A DNA stretch of 49,229 bases. It comes from Oligosphaeraceae bacterium. Lineage in GTDB: Bacteria > Verrucomicrobiota > Lentisphaeria > Oligosphaerales > Oligosphaeraceae. Position 1 is the first letter of the stretch. Each line of letters begins with the position of its first letter. The position numbers and the translations under genes are program-made. Below the pieces are notes generated by a model. That model saw only the letters and a program-made list of their open reading frames with translations. It searched no databases and was not told the DNA's origin. Of the stretch, positions 1 to 9,980 are shown one piece after another. The stretch lies in assembly GCA_012799725.1 (NCBI GenBank), contig JAAZKR010000074.1, forward strand, positions 1 to 49,229, given 5' to 3'.

Positions 1-347
1 AGGGCGCCACAGGGGGAGCAGTGGATTTGCCATATGGGTGATCCTGCAAAAAATGCTTCTGGCAGGAGCTCGTTTGTGTCGCCATCCGGGCGCTGGTTTC
101 GGGGTGCCGCCCACCCCCGGTTCCCTCGCCATTCGGGCTAAAAGGTGCCACTGTATTTTCACAAGTCAAATTTCAGCAATATATTTTTTTGCCATACTTA
201 AATTATTGATTAGTAATAAGATGAAGAAAAAATAATGCTCGCTTTTTTGAACCTGAGCTTCAGTTGTCTGAATGTGCGAAATGTTGTGATATGAAGCTTG
301 AAAGGTATAAGTTTCTGGGGGTCGGTTTGATGCAACAACCCGTGGCT

Positions 348-380
348 AGTTGCTTGTAAGCAGTGCCGTTACAAGCAACT
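348..380. terminator. Perfect 12-bp stem / 9-nt loop hairpin downstream of the transglutaminase-like gene (candidate terminator)
   Basis: agttgcttgtaa (348-359) is the exact reverse complement of ttacaagcaact (369-380). It lies about 120 nt past the stop of the minus-strand gene ending at 502. There is no clear U-tract on the minus strand and only a short cttt run on the plus strand. Confidence 0.3.
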
Positions 381-501
381 GGCTTTTGTGGATGTTGTGG
401 ACGGAGTGGATGCACAGGCGAGCGCTCTGTGGTGGCGCATACTTGAGCCACACTTCCTGTAAGCCATTTCGCGTCCATCACAAGGATTCGCATATTTACA
501 T

Positions 502-2688
502 TTATCTAAATCGTTTCACTTCGTAAAGCTGTATTTTTTCTTTTAGGAGCTTGTATTCTTGGCTGCTCAGATTCGGGTGTTTGGCGGCTGCTTGCAGTAG
601 TTCTCTGGCAGTGCCTGCCGGATTTTTAGGCAGCCCCAGGATTTTTTCCCATTTTCGTCTCAGTTTTTTATATTCAGCGGCGATCTTTTTCTGTTGTGGG
701 CTTAGAAGGGCTGTTGCCATGACACTTTTTCTATGCTGTCTTTGCAGTAAAAGCAGAAGAAGCAGGCTGATGGCTACAATTCCCGGCGGGCTGTATAACA
801 GTCTGAGCAGCAGTTTCAAGCTGCTGGCCACCGTTTCGCCAATGAGGCCGCGTTGCGCGGCGGCCAGGATTCGGGTCAACATATTGCCGGCTTGATCCCA
901 TTTGGCTTCTAGCCAATTCCAGTCATCTGTATAATCGTTGCGTCCATCAGCCGGAGTAGGATCCAGAAGCAGCCATTTTCCTTGCTGCCGGTCGTATGCT
1001 TCCACCCAGGCGTGAGCATGCCCCAGGCGAGAGACATAATAGCTGTCGGAGGGATGTTTCTCGTTGCAGATAAACCCGGTCACATAACGCGCCGGAATCC
1101 CTTGCTGTCTAAGCAGCAGGGTCAGTGCGGAGGCAAACAGCTCGCAGTGGCCAGCCTTGCTTTCTTGTAGGAAATACAGCACCGGGTCGCCTTCCGGCAA
1201 CAGCAGCCTTCGCCTGTAGGTCAAGCTTTGACGACGTTTTTTCTGTATTATGTGTCTCTTGCGTTGACTCAAGGTGGTACCAGTGCCGGGACCCGGCAAT
1301 TTAGGCTCTTCGATAAATGGCCCCAGGCTATAAATGTAGTTGTGCTGCAAATACGCGGTTAGCTTGTGACAAAGATCAGAAATACTGGCACTTTGCAAGT
1401 ATTCTTCCTGCTGGAGCCACCATTGTGCTAACGCTTCCGGCATATTTTCAGGCATTTGCAGATAAATTGCATCGTCCCATTGCCCGTTTTCAGGCAGGTC
1501 GAAAGACATATCAGCACGCCGATAGTCGGGGCAGCTTACCCGGTAACCGGCTTCACGTTTCCATTTTTCGACCTGCGCCTGTCCTTCCAAGTCAACTTGC
1601 AGCATGTCAGCGACCAACTCTATTTTGGCAAAAGGCACGGGCAGTGGCAGCCTGTCTACATGCAGGGCAGTGCTGAAAAAGACATCGAAAATGCTCATGT
1701 CTTCAGTTTCCGATCCTTCTCGGGTATAGCTGCTCATGGCCAATAAGCCTTCGGCCAGCTCCGATTGCAGCGGCAACAGGGCGGCTGACTTCGTTGATTG
1801 CCAGCGGCCATCTTCATAATGCGTGAAAACCCGGCTGCGTAAATAACCCGGTGCTTGTGAGCTAATCACCCGCAGCAATATTCTGCGCTCATTTTTTGGG
1901 TCGCCGAAAGGGAAGGGCAGGTTCAAATCCACTTGATCGCTAAAAAATGGTTCGCTGTGGCGTATGAATTGTTTGAAAAAGTTGTGTCCGCCTATCGCGA
2001 TAAAAGAGTGTTCTAGATTGTGTAGCTGCTTCTCGTATTTTTTGTGCAGAAACAAGAATGATGCGATAGTGATGCTGAGCAAAAGCACGCTGAACATATT
2101 CAAAAAGGCAGGCGAACGCCAGTCTTTTCTATCCTTGTACGGTGGCAGGCTAAGCCTTAACAGATATAAACCCAGAGCCAACTGCACGGCGATCATGCCG
2201 GCATATGCGCGATGGTAGTTGACGTTGATCCAGTCCGAACCCCAAATGAAACGCTGATTGACATAGTTCAGGTTGCTGACGTCACCACAGCTGCCAAGCA
2301 CAAAGACAGTGGCACTGATAACGGTGGCGGCAATAAGATTCGCGGAGGGGAAATATAATGATATTGCCGCCAGACTGAGAGCTCCGACACCGTAGTATTC
2401 CGGCTTGAAAAAATAACTGAAGAACCCCAGGCGCCCCCTCTCGACGGGAAAAAAGTAGCCCAATATGATACTGGCTGTCATTGCAGCCAGAATACTGTAA
2501 GTAACGCTGCGGTCATTGACTTGCAAGGGCTTAGCCATGAATAGGCTAGGTAAAACCATAACTGCAATCAGCAATGGAGCGTGCAGCAAGTCGGCGAGCA
2601 GCCCAAGAAACAAGGCGCTAAGAAATAACATGAACGCCGCTATCAGCTTAAGACGCATATCAATTGTTTGTTGTGGTGCAGTCTTCAT
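502..2688 (-). CDS. Transglutaminase-like membrane protein (TgpA-like)
   Basis: 728-aa ORF with a strongly hydrophobic, multi-TM N-terminal region. The Cys-His-Asp transglutaminase core is visible as GHCELFASALTLLLRQQGIPARYVTGF, HAWVEAY and LLLDPTP. Its ATG overlaps the stop of the upstream DUF58 gene (ATGA at 2685-2688). Confidence 0.8.
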   Translation of the reverse strand: MKTAPQQTIDMRLKLIAAFMLFLSALFLGLLADLLHAPLLIAVMVLPSLFMAKPLQVNDRSVTYSILAAMTASIILGYFFPVERGRLGFFSYFFKPEYYGVGALSLAAISLYFPSANLIAATVISATVFVLGSCGDVSNLNYVNQRFIWGSDWINVNYHRAYAGMIAVQLALGLYLLRLSLPPYKDRKDWRSPAFLNMFSVLLLSITIASFLFLHKKYEKQLHNLEHSFIAIGGHNFFKQFIRHSEPFFSDQVDLNLPFPFGDPKNERRILLRVISSQAPGYLRSRVFTHYEDGRWQSTKSAALLPLQSELAEGLLAMSSYTREGSETEDMSIFDVFFSTALHVDRLPLPVPFAKIELVADMLQVDLEGQAQVEKWKREAGYRVSCPDYRRADMSFDLPENGQWDDAIYLQMPENMPEALAQWWLQQEEYLQSASISDLCHKLTAYLQHNYIYSLGPFIEEPKLPGPGTGTTLSQRKRHIIQKKRRQSLTYRRRLLLPEGDPVLYFLQESKAGHCELFASALTLLLRQQGIPARYVTGFICNEKHPSDSYYVSRLGHAHAWVEAYDRQQGKWLLLDPTPADGRNDYTDDWNWLEAKWDQAGNMLTRILAAAQRGLIGETVASSLKLLLRLLYSPPGIVAISLLLLLLLQRQHRKSVMATALLSPQQKKIAAEYKKLRRKWEKILGLPKNPAGTARELLQAAAKHPNLSSQEYKLLKEKIQLYEVKRFR

Positions 2689-4073
2689 ATTTTGAGCACC
2701 CTGCCGGCCAAAATGTCGGCGGGCTCCAATAATTGTGCTTGCTCAGGCAATTCCCAATCGGAGCCGACTACCAGCAGCTTAATGGCCACGCCACGACTCC
2801 GCAACTTTTCAACAAATTCCTGACGGCATTGATCGTAGCCCAACAAGATGATAATGGCGCTGCCTAATCCGGCGATTTCACGCAGCAGTTCTTCGTCCAG
2901 CTCTTGCAGGCTGGGTCGGCGTTCCGGTTCTATTTGCGCCAGGCAGTCCAGTAGGCTCTCCAGCGCCGCGCCGCCTCTGCCCAGGCGCAGTCGGCGCACT
3001 TGCTTGCCGGCTGCGAATAAATCGATCAAGAATTCACTTTGCAGCATATATTCCGCGATGGAGGCGCATAGGCTCAGCGCCGCTTCCAGTTCAGGCACAA
3101 TGTGGTCCGGCCATAAATGCCCTTCGCCCTTGGTGAATTTCCAGGCTTGCTTGCATAATTGCCGCACAGAGAATTTTTGCGTGGGTTTTACTGGGTTGCT
3201 ATCTAAGATCAATGCGCTGCGGCTCATGAATTCATCTTGGAACTCACGTACCACCAGGCTGCCTTTTTTAGCGCTGCTTTGCCAGTGTATATAACGCGGA
3301 TTGTCGCCATCCTGAAAATCCCGGCAACCTTGAAATTCCATGGCTTCGCTGACTTTCATCACCCGTTGCAGGTCCCCACGCTGAAATTTCATACTTAGAG
3401 GCAGATTTATTTCGCGCAGCTTGTGGCGCTGGGGATGCACTAGCAGGCAGTCGTTGGTTTTTTTGCTTCTGTAATGTCTGGTAACAACGAAAGGGAAGTC
3501 AGACTGCGCGCCGCATTGACTGATGTAGTACTTGCCGCGCCGCCTGATGCTGAAAACTGCCTCAACATTCTTGCTTGTCTTGCCTGATAGCATATTGAGA
3601 GCTGCCGCCTGCCAACAATGCAGATGTTGCAAGCCCAGGCCGGGGTCAAGGAGTAGGTTCAGAGCCGGTAAACGGCGTAGATTCTGTACTTGATATGAGA
3701 TAACAAAGGGTTGCCCGGCACAAGCTCTCTGCGGCAGTTTGCGCCTGATGCTTAATTTGGGACGGAAAATCCAGCCCAATACAAAATCGCAGAATAACAA
3801 GGCCAGCAAAATGATTATGAATTGCCGCAGCTTGGCTTCAGGCATCATGATGCTATGCAAAAGAAATATGCTGCCCAAGGGTAGAATAAAAAGAGCAGGC
3901 AGACTGAAAAACCTGGTGCCACAGGCTAAAATCCACCAGAAACTAGCTATTGCCGGCGAACGGTAAACATCGCCATGCTGTCGCCGCACATAGCAACGCG
4001 GCCCATCCAAATAACGTGCCATCAGCCGGCCATAAATACGGCGTACGCTTTTATATATGCTGCGAATAAACAT
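2685..4073 (-). CDS. DUF58 domain protein (MoxR-associated, vWA-like)
   Basis: 462-aa ORF with N-terminal TM helices. It has the DUF58-typical segment IHWQSSAKKGSLVVREFQDE. It sits between a MoxR ATPase gene and a transglutaminase gene, which is the canonical operon order. Confidence 0.75.
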   Translation of the reverse strand: MFIRSIYKSVRRIYGRLMARYLDGPRCYVRRQHGDVYRSPAIASFWWILACGTRFFSLPALFILPLGSIFLLHSIMMPEAKLRQFIIILLALLFCDFVLGWIFRPKLSIRRKLPQRACAGQPFVISYQVQNLRRLPALNLLLDPGLGLQHLHCWQAAALNMLSGKTSKNVEAVFSIRRRGKYYISQCGAQSDFPFVVTRHYRSKKTNDCLLVHPQRHKLREINLPLSMKFQRGDLQRVMKVSEAMEFQGCRDFQDGDNPRYIHWQSSAKKGSLVVREFQDEFMSRSALILDSNPVKPTQKFSVRQLCKQAWKFTKGEGHLWPDHIVPELEAALSLCASIAEYMLQSEFLIDLFAAGKQVRRLRLGRGGAALESLLDCLAQIEPERRPSLQELDEELLREIAGLGSAIIILLGYDQCRQEFVEKLRSRGVAIKLLVVGSDWELPEQAQLLEPADILAGRVLKI

Positions 4074-4142
4074 GCCGAAAATTGATTGTGATGGACACGA
4101 AAACTTGGCGTAATCTGCGCAATTCGCAGATAAAACGGCGCA

Positions 4143-5069
4143 TTAGCGTGGCACCGGGGTTTGCTTGAGGATTTCTTCGATGACACCAATGGCGCTGGCG
4201 CCGGCGTACATTGCTTGAGGCTGCAAGACCAAGCGGTGGGCTAATACTGCGACAGCGAGCTTTTTCAGATCATCAGGCAGGACGTAGTCACGTGCGTCCA
4301 GATATGCGGCGGCTTGGGCGCAGCGATTCAGTGTCAAGGCGGCTCTGGGGCTGGCGCCCAAGGCCACGCGCTGATCGTCACGACTGGCGGTGATCAGACG
4401 CAATACGTACTCCAGCAAGCTTTTATCCATGTTGACTTTTCTGCATTCCTGCTGCAACCTGATGATATCATCACAGCTGAGCATCGCCGTCAGCTCCAGC
4501 ATAGGGTCTGTATGCAGTCGTTCCTGCATAAGCCGCATTTCATCTTCTTCCTGCGGGTAGCCCAGCATGAGCTGCATGGCGAAGCGGTCCAATTGTGCTT
4601 CAGGCAGCGGATAGGTGCCCTGATATTCAATGGGGTTTGCAGTTGCGATTACCATGAAGGGGCGTGGCAAGGCGTAGGTCACGCCGTCGTCGGAGACTTG
4701 TTTTTCACTCATGGCTTCCAGCAGCGCTGATTGTGTTCTCGGGCTGGCGCGGTTGATTTCGTCAGCCAGTATTATATTGGCAAATAGTGGGCCTTTGCGG
4801 AAACGAAGTTCACCGCTTTTCGGGTTATAGACATTGCTTCCTACTATGTCGCTGGGCAGGAGGTCCGGGGTGAATTGTATGCGCCTGAAGCTGGCGTTAA
4901 GTGAGGCAGCCAAACTCTTAGCCAGTGTGGTCTTGCCCACGCCGGGCACGTCGTGCAATAAAACATTGCCGCCGGCTGCCAGAGCCGTCAACAGCAGCTC
5001 GACTGTCTCAGATTTGCCGCAAATCACCGTGTTGAGACGTTGGCGTAATAACGCGATTTTTCCTAGCAT
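4143..5069 (-). CDS. MoxR-family AAA+ ATPase
   Basis: 308 aa. Walker A is HDVPGVGKTTLAKSLA and Walker B is the MoxR signature ILADEINRASPRTQSALLEAM. A GGGGG Shine-Dalgarno-like run lies just upstream of the ATG. Confidence 0.9.
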   Translation of the reverse strand: MLGKIALLRQRLNTVICGKSETVELLLTALAAGGNVLLHDVPGVGKTTLAKSLAASLNASFRRIQFTPDLLPSDIVGSNVYNPKSGELRFRKGPLFANIILADEINRASPRTQSALLEAMSEKQVSDDGVTYALPRPFMVIATANPIEYQGTYPLPEAQLDRFAMQLMLGYPQEEDEMRLMQERLHTDPMLELTAMLSCDDIIRLQQECRKVNMDKSLLEYVLRLITASRDDQRVALGASPRAALTLNRCAQAAAYLDARDYVLPDDLKKLAVAVLAHRLVLQPQAMYAGASAIGVIEEILKQTPVPR

Positions 5070-5263
5070 GGAACCCCCGATCAGTTTTTGGTGATCAGTT
5101 GTCGTTTGTTAACAGAGGCAAGCACCGCAATAATCGACTTTTCATTTTCACCGGCTCTGCCCGGATGGTTAAAAAGCCCCTTGCTGGCCGTCCTTTGTCG
5201 GTTGAAAGATTACAGTACATTAGTTGCCCAATAAATATAGCACAAATAATCAGGGGAATTATC

Positions 5264-5824
5264 ATGGAACATATATCAGACTGCGTGCGTGCCATGTTGC
5301 TCGCATGTGGCGAGGACCCGGAGCGCGAGGGACTGCGCGATACGCCGCAGCGAGTAGCCAACAGCCTGGAGTTTTTGACCCGGGGCTACCGCAGTGACCC
5401 TGACGAAATCGTTGGTGATGCCATTTTCCATGAAGAGAGCAATCACATGATTATTGTGCGCGATATCGAGGTCTACAGCATGTGTGAACATCACATGCTG
5501 CCTTTTTTCGGCCGTTGCCAGATCGGTTACATACCCAGGGGTAGGGTTTTTGGTGTGAGCAAGCTGGCCAGGCTGGTGGACTGCTTTGCCAGACGACTGC
5601 AAGTGCAGGAACGGCTCACCAATCAGATCGCCAGATATATCAAAGACAAGATAAACGCTGAAGGTGTAGGCGTAGTGTTGGAGTGCCGGCACCTGTGTAT
5701 GATGATGCGCGGCGTAGAAAAACAGGGGTCCAGCATGGTCACGTCAGCAGTGTTAGGCAGCTTCCATGATTCAGAGGCAACCCGAAATGAGTTTCTGCAA
5801 CTGCTGCAAAGACCTGGAGTTTGA
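5264..5824 (+). CDS. folE: GTP cyclohydrolase I (FolE type 1)
   Basis: The ORF track starts at 5099. I chose the internal ATG at 5264, which is preceded by caggggaatt. The product MEHISDCVRAMLLACGEDPEREGLRDTPQRV... contains the FolE zinc/active-site motif MCEHHMLPFFG and a C-terminal HLCMMMRGV. Confidence 0.9.
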   Translation: MEHISDCVRAMLLACGEDPEREGLRDTPQRVANSLEFLTRGYRSDPDEIVGDAIFHEESNHMIIVRDIEVYSMCEHHMLPFFGRCQIGYIPRGRVFGVSKLARLVDCFARRLQVQERLTNQIARYIKDKINAEGVGVVLECRHLCMMMRGVEKQGSSMVTSAVLGSFHDSEATRNEFLQLLQRPGV

Positions 5825-5857
5825 GTTGAAGGAGTAACCAGCACAATACATTTTCAT

Positions 5858-5878
5858 CGGCAGATTACGCAGATTATT
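5858..5878 (+). repeat. GCAGAT-word intergenic repeat (single copy)
   Basis: cggcagattacgcagattatt lies directly downstream of the folE stop. It uses the same word structure as the copies at 9981, 12793, 21985 and 29087. Confidence 0.5.
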
Positions 5879-6228
5879 GTATAGCTTCAGTCGAAGCAGG
5901 GCCGAAAGCTGGTTTTATTAAAGGAGGCTTTCCGAATCGCGGTTGTGCTAAGAAGCAGAACCGGAGGAAGTCACATGAACAAAACTTCGCATCTTATATT
6001 TTTGCAGTCCTTGCGTTCACGGTTTATAGTATAAGCGGTGCTCGTCGCTTCATTTAGCGGCTTTCTTTGCTTGTCGGCAAAGGACATTCGCTGAAACAGG
6101 ACAGAGCATGGCAGCGGGGGTGTCTTCCAACCTTTGGCATTGCCCTCTTTTGCGGGCTGGCCAGCGGCCGGAACGGCACCCCTCTGATTTTTAATCGTTT
6201 ATCGATCAAAATGAAATGAGAAAGCATT

Positions 6229-7524
6229 ATGTTGCTGGTTTATCGTGATGACGACAGCTTTGCTGAAAAAATAAAACCTTTGCAGAACAGAACTGCATTC
6301 TCCGGCGATGTAGACCGGGCCGTACGTGAGATACTGGAACAGGTGCGCAAAGAAGGCGATCGCGCCCTGGTCAGACTTGCTGAAAAATTTGACCAAGTCA
6401 AATTGAATCCGGCAGAATTTCTGGTCGATGCCCGGGAATTCGCGGCTGCTGCTACCCAGGTTGATGAAGAGACAAAAGCGGCTATCAGGCTGGCGATCGC
6501 ACAAGTGCAGGACTTTGCCGTGCAGAAAAAGCCGAAAAACTGGTTCTACAGTCCCAGAGAAGGCGTAATGCTGGGTGAACAATTTTCACCTTTGCAACGG
6601 GTTGGCTGCTATGTGCCCGGAGGCACTGCGCCACTTGTTTCCACCGTGATACACACAGTGGCTATTGCCGCTGCGGCTGGTGTCGAGGATATTGTGGTGA
6701 CTACACCGCCGGGCAAGGACGGCAGCGTCAATGCCGCTTTGCTTTATGCCTGCAAGCAGGCCGGAGCTAGCCGAGTCTACAGGCTTGGCGGCGTCTATGG
6801 CATTGCGGCCTTGGCTTATGGCACCGAGAGTGTGGAAAAGGTTGAGAAGATAGTGGGTCCGGGCAATGCCTATGTCACGGCAGCCAAACGCCTGGTATAT
6901 GGCGAGGTGGCGCTTGATCTGGTGGCTGGTCCCTCAGAAATCATGATTATCGCTGATGCCAGCGCGAATCCGGCTTTTATTGCTGCGGACATGCTTTCTC
7001 AGGCTGAACATGGCTCCGGTCGTGAACAGGCCGTGTTGCTGAGCACCTGTGCGGATTTGTTGACGCAAGTGAAGGCCGAACTCTCTTCCCAAAGCAAGCG
7101 ATTGAGCCGTTCAGATTGCGTAGAGCAAGTTTTGGAGAATGGTGTTTTTCTCATTGAGGTAAAAGACCTTGATGAGGCGGCTTCTCTGGCCAGCCAGTAT
7201 GCAGCGGAGCATCTTGAGCTTATGGTGGCTGAACCCGAAAAATTGGCACCTAAGATTAAGGCCGCCGGCGCTATTTTCATGGGACATTGGAGCCCGGAGC
7301 CATTGGGCGATTTTGTCGCCGGCCCCAGCCATGTGCTGCCTACCGGTGGCAGCGGTAGGTTCTTTAATGGGCTGAGTATAGAAATGTTCTTCAGACGCAG
7401 CAGCCTGCTGCGTTACGAGAAAGAAGCCTTGTTCAAAGAAATCCCAGCCATACTGAAATTTGCCGAGAATGAGGGACTGGATGCACATGGAAAGAGCGCA
7501 GCTATCCGGAAAAAATGCCAATGA
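6229..7524 (+). CDS. hisD: Histidinol dehydrogenase
   Basis: 431 aa with the HisD hallmarks GPGNAYVTAAKR, SQAEHG and GDFVAGPSHVLPTGG. Confidence 0.93.
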   Translation: MLLVYRDDDSFAEKIKPLQNRTAFSGDVDRAVREILEQVRKEGDRALVRLAEKFDQVKLNPAEFLVDAREFAAAATQVDEETKAAIRLAIAQVQDFAVQKKPKNWFYSPREGVMLGEQFSPLQRVGCYVPGGTAPLVSTVIHTVAIAAAAGVEDIVVTTPPGKDGSVNAALLYACKQAGASRVYRLGGVYGIAALAYGTESVEKVEKIVGPGNAYVTAAKRLVYGEVALDLVAGPSEIMIIADASANPAFIAADMLSQAEHGSGREQAVLLSTCADLLTQVKAELSSQSKRLSRSDCVEQVLENGVFLIEVKDLDEAASLASQYAAEHLELMVAEPEKLAPKIKAAGAIFMGHWSPEPLGDFVAGPSHVLPTGGSGRFFNGLSIEMFFRRSSLLRYEKEALFKEIPAILKFAENEGLDAHGKSAAIRKKCQ

Positions 7525-8069
7525 GAGAAATCTGGCGGGTAAAAGCCAGCGCGACATCCGGGTTCAAGGAACATCGCATTGGCATGAGCTCTGAGAGAGC
7601 GTAGTATGCCCAGCCCGGAGGCAACGCCTGCAAACGCCAAATTGTTTTCATGCCTTGACTTTCGTGGGTAACAGAACTCTTACACTGAAAAGAAAGTGTT
7701 CCTGTGCAACGGATTATGCTTATGGAAAAGCAACCTCGAAGAGGTAAATCAACGAGCAAACCCGGACTTGCATTTTCATGCCTGTGCATCTAATGTTGTC
7801 AGTCAACAAAATAAAGCGCCGCTTTCCCAGTACGACTTAATGCGCCTATGGTGGTAATGCCCTAGCAGGAGAACTGCTGATCATAGAGCTGCCAAGCACT
7901 AGTACGACCACCAGCCACTGACAAATGACAAAAATGCATTACAAGCTGTGAAAAAATTAAGGCAACCAAAAGAAACCGGAAATGTAAACTTAATTTTTGC
8001 GCTGCTCCTTAATGCTCTTCACCAATTTTTTCATCGGCAACTTTTTTGCCTTAACTAGCAAGGTTATTC

Positions 8070-9857
8070 ATGTATTTTAATTTTCAACGAGACTTGGCCG
8101 TTTTTCTGCAAAATGAGTATGGTGTCCAGGATTTAGAAGTGCCGGTAGAGCTTTGTCCGCCGGAATTTAGCGGAGAGCTTACCATTTCTTGCTTCGTATT
8201 GGCCAAACAGCTTAAGCGCAACCCCATGCAGCTGGCGCAGCAGGCCGGGGAATTTCTAAGCAGTCATCCGGACATTCTAGGCGTCGAGGTAGTCAAGGCC
8301 TTCGTTAATCTGAGTCTGGAAACCTCCGCGCTTATGCGTGATTGTGTGGCGGACGCTGCGGCGCTGCATGCTCGTACGCTGCTGCCGGCTGCGGAGTGCC
8401 GGAAGATACTGATTGAGTTTTCCGCTCCCAATACCAATAAGCCACAACATCTTGGACATGTGCGCAACAATTGCATAGGTATGGCCAGTGCCAGTATTCT
8501 GGCCAGGGCAGGGCACGAGGTGATTCGCGTTAACTTGGTTAACGATCGCGGCATACATATCTGCAAGTCTATGCTGGCTTACCAACGTTTTGGTGCTGGC
8601 TGTACCCCGGAAACGGCAGGCAAGAAGGGAGACCATCTGGTTGGTGATTTCTATGTGCGCTATGATCAGGAATTCAGAAAGCAAATCGAAGAACTGCGCC
8701 AGAAAGACGCAAGCTTGCGCGAAAAAGATGAAGATGAGCTGTTCTTGCAGACCGAGATAGGCCGCGCTGCACAGGAGATGCTGCTGCAATGGGAGCAGGG
8801 CAATGAGCAGGTATATCAGCTTTGGCAGACAATGAACAGCTGGGTGTTGGCCGGCTTTGAACAGACATATAAACGCATGGGCGTGGAATTTGAACATACT
8901 TACCTGGAAAGCCAAACCTATAAATTGGGCAGAGATATCATTATGGAGGGCTTGCAAAAAGGGGTGTTTACCACACGTCCGGACGGCGCAGTGGTCATCG
9001 ACTTTGAAGAGCCAAGCTTAGGCAGCAAGGTAGTCTTGCGCAGTGATGGCACAAGCGTATATATCACGCAGGATATAGGCACTACCTTGCTGAAGCAAAA
9101 TGATTATAATCCAGATCGGCAAATCTGGGTGGTCGGCGATGAGCAGAAATACCATTTTCAGGTGCTTTTTGCCATACTTAAGGCGCTGGGCTACGAATGG
9201 GCCGAACAGCTTACACATATGTCGTACGGCATGGTCAATTTGCCCAGCGGCAGAATGAAAAGCAGAGAAGGCACCGTGGTGGATGCCGATGATCTTTTCG
9301 ACCTGCTCGAGGAATTGGCCGGCGAAGCTACTGCTCAACGCAACCAAGAGCTGCCGCCCGAAGAACTCAAACGTAGAGCGCAAACCATCAGCATGGCGGC
9401 ACTTAAGTTTATGTTGCTTAAAGTGAATCCCAAAACTACCATGCTTTTTGACCCGCAGGCCTCAATCAAATTTGAGGGCGATACCGGCCCCTATGTCCTT
9501 TATGCCTATGCGCGTATAGCCTCCATGCTGCGTCGCGCTGAAGAAGAAGGGCAGACGGACAAAACCTGCCTGGACTGGAGCCTGCTGAATAGCGCCAGCG
9601 AAAAGAAATTAGCGTTGCGTTGCGCTATGTTCCCGGACGCCCTGCATAAGGCAGCTGATGAGCTGGACAGCTCCGTCTTGGCCGCTTATCTCTTGGATTT
9701 GGCCAAGGATTTTAGCAGCTTCTACAAACAGTGCTCGGTGTTGAATGCAGAGACGCCACAGCTGAGACAAACCAGATTGGAACTCAGTGAAAGAGTCAGA
9801 GAAATTATCGCTGATGGACTTAATACGCTGACCATAGAAACACTGGAAAGCATGTAG
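8070..9857 (+). CDS. argS: Arginine--tRNA ligase
   Basis: 595 aa. The class I HIGH motif appears as NTNKPQHLGHVRN. The ArgS-type body includes GDEQKYHF and the anticodon-binding C-terminus ends ...LTIETLESM. Confidence 0.93.
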   Translation: MYFNFQRDLAVFLQNEYGVQDLEVPVELCPPEFSGELTISCFVLAKQLKRNPMQLAQQAGEFLSSHPDILGVEVVKAFVNLSLETSALMRDCVADAAALHARTLLPAAECRKILIEFSAPNTNKPQHLGHVRNNCIGMASASILARAGHEVIRVNLVNDRGIHICKSMLAYQRFGAGCTPETAGKKGDHLVGDFYVRYDQEFRKQIEELRQKDASLREKDEDELFLQTEIGRAAQEMLLQWEQGNEQVYQLWQTMNSWVLAGFEQTYKRMGVEFEHTYLESQTYKLGRDIIMEGLQKGVFTTRPDGAVVIDFEEPSLGSKVVLRSDGTSVYITQDIGTTLLKQNDYNPDRQIWVVGDEQKYHFQVLFAILKALGYEWAEQLTHMSYGMVNLPSGRMKSREGTVVDADDLFDLLEELAGEATAQRNQELPPEELKRRAQTISMAALKFMLLKVNPKTTMLFDPQASIKFEGDTGPYVLYAYARIASMLRRAEEEGQTDKTCLDWSLLNSASEKKLALRCAMFPDALHKAADELDSSVLAAYLLDLAKDFSSFYKQCSVLNAETPQLRQTRLELSERVREIIADGLNTLTIETLESM

Positions 9858-9980
9858 CGGGTTCTAGAACGCAGCGTGAAAATCAGCGCCAGCCGTGTCA
9901 TCTTCAGACAGACCCGGCTGAAAATCACCATGCTGTGGCACCCTCCCAGCTTCTTGTTTTTTAGGAAAGATTTTTACTTT

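Noticed and set aside
348-380. Possible third copy of the hairpin element, because it contains cagtgcc and cttgtaa like the 43121/47685 core
   Set aside because: The shared heptamers are in a different order and structural role: stem versus loop are swapped. The flanks are unrelated. This is probably coincidence.
1-493. Possible gene fragments at the left edge: plus-strand ORF 38-235, minus-strand ORF 260-493, and a 28-codon minus-strand ORF starting at 85 and running out of the window
   Set aside because: They are too short or low-complexity to support, and none has a recognisable motif. The region may be a 3' untranslated or intergenic sequence containing the hairpin at 348-380.
7525-8069. 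Possible RNase P, SRP, tmRNA or riboswitch in the long hisD-argS spacer, suggested by acagaac, ctgagaga and gcaaacgcc strings
   Set aside because: None of the defining conserved blocks is present. There is no GAGGAAAGTCC-type P4 segment, no SRP domain IV GGAA/AGCA motif, no tRNA-like 3' end with a TTCGA loop, no tmRNA tag ORF ending in hydrophobic residues, and no full TPP consensus.
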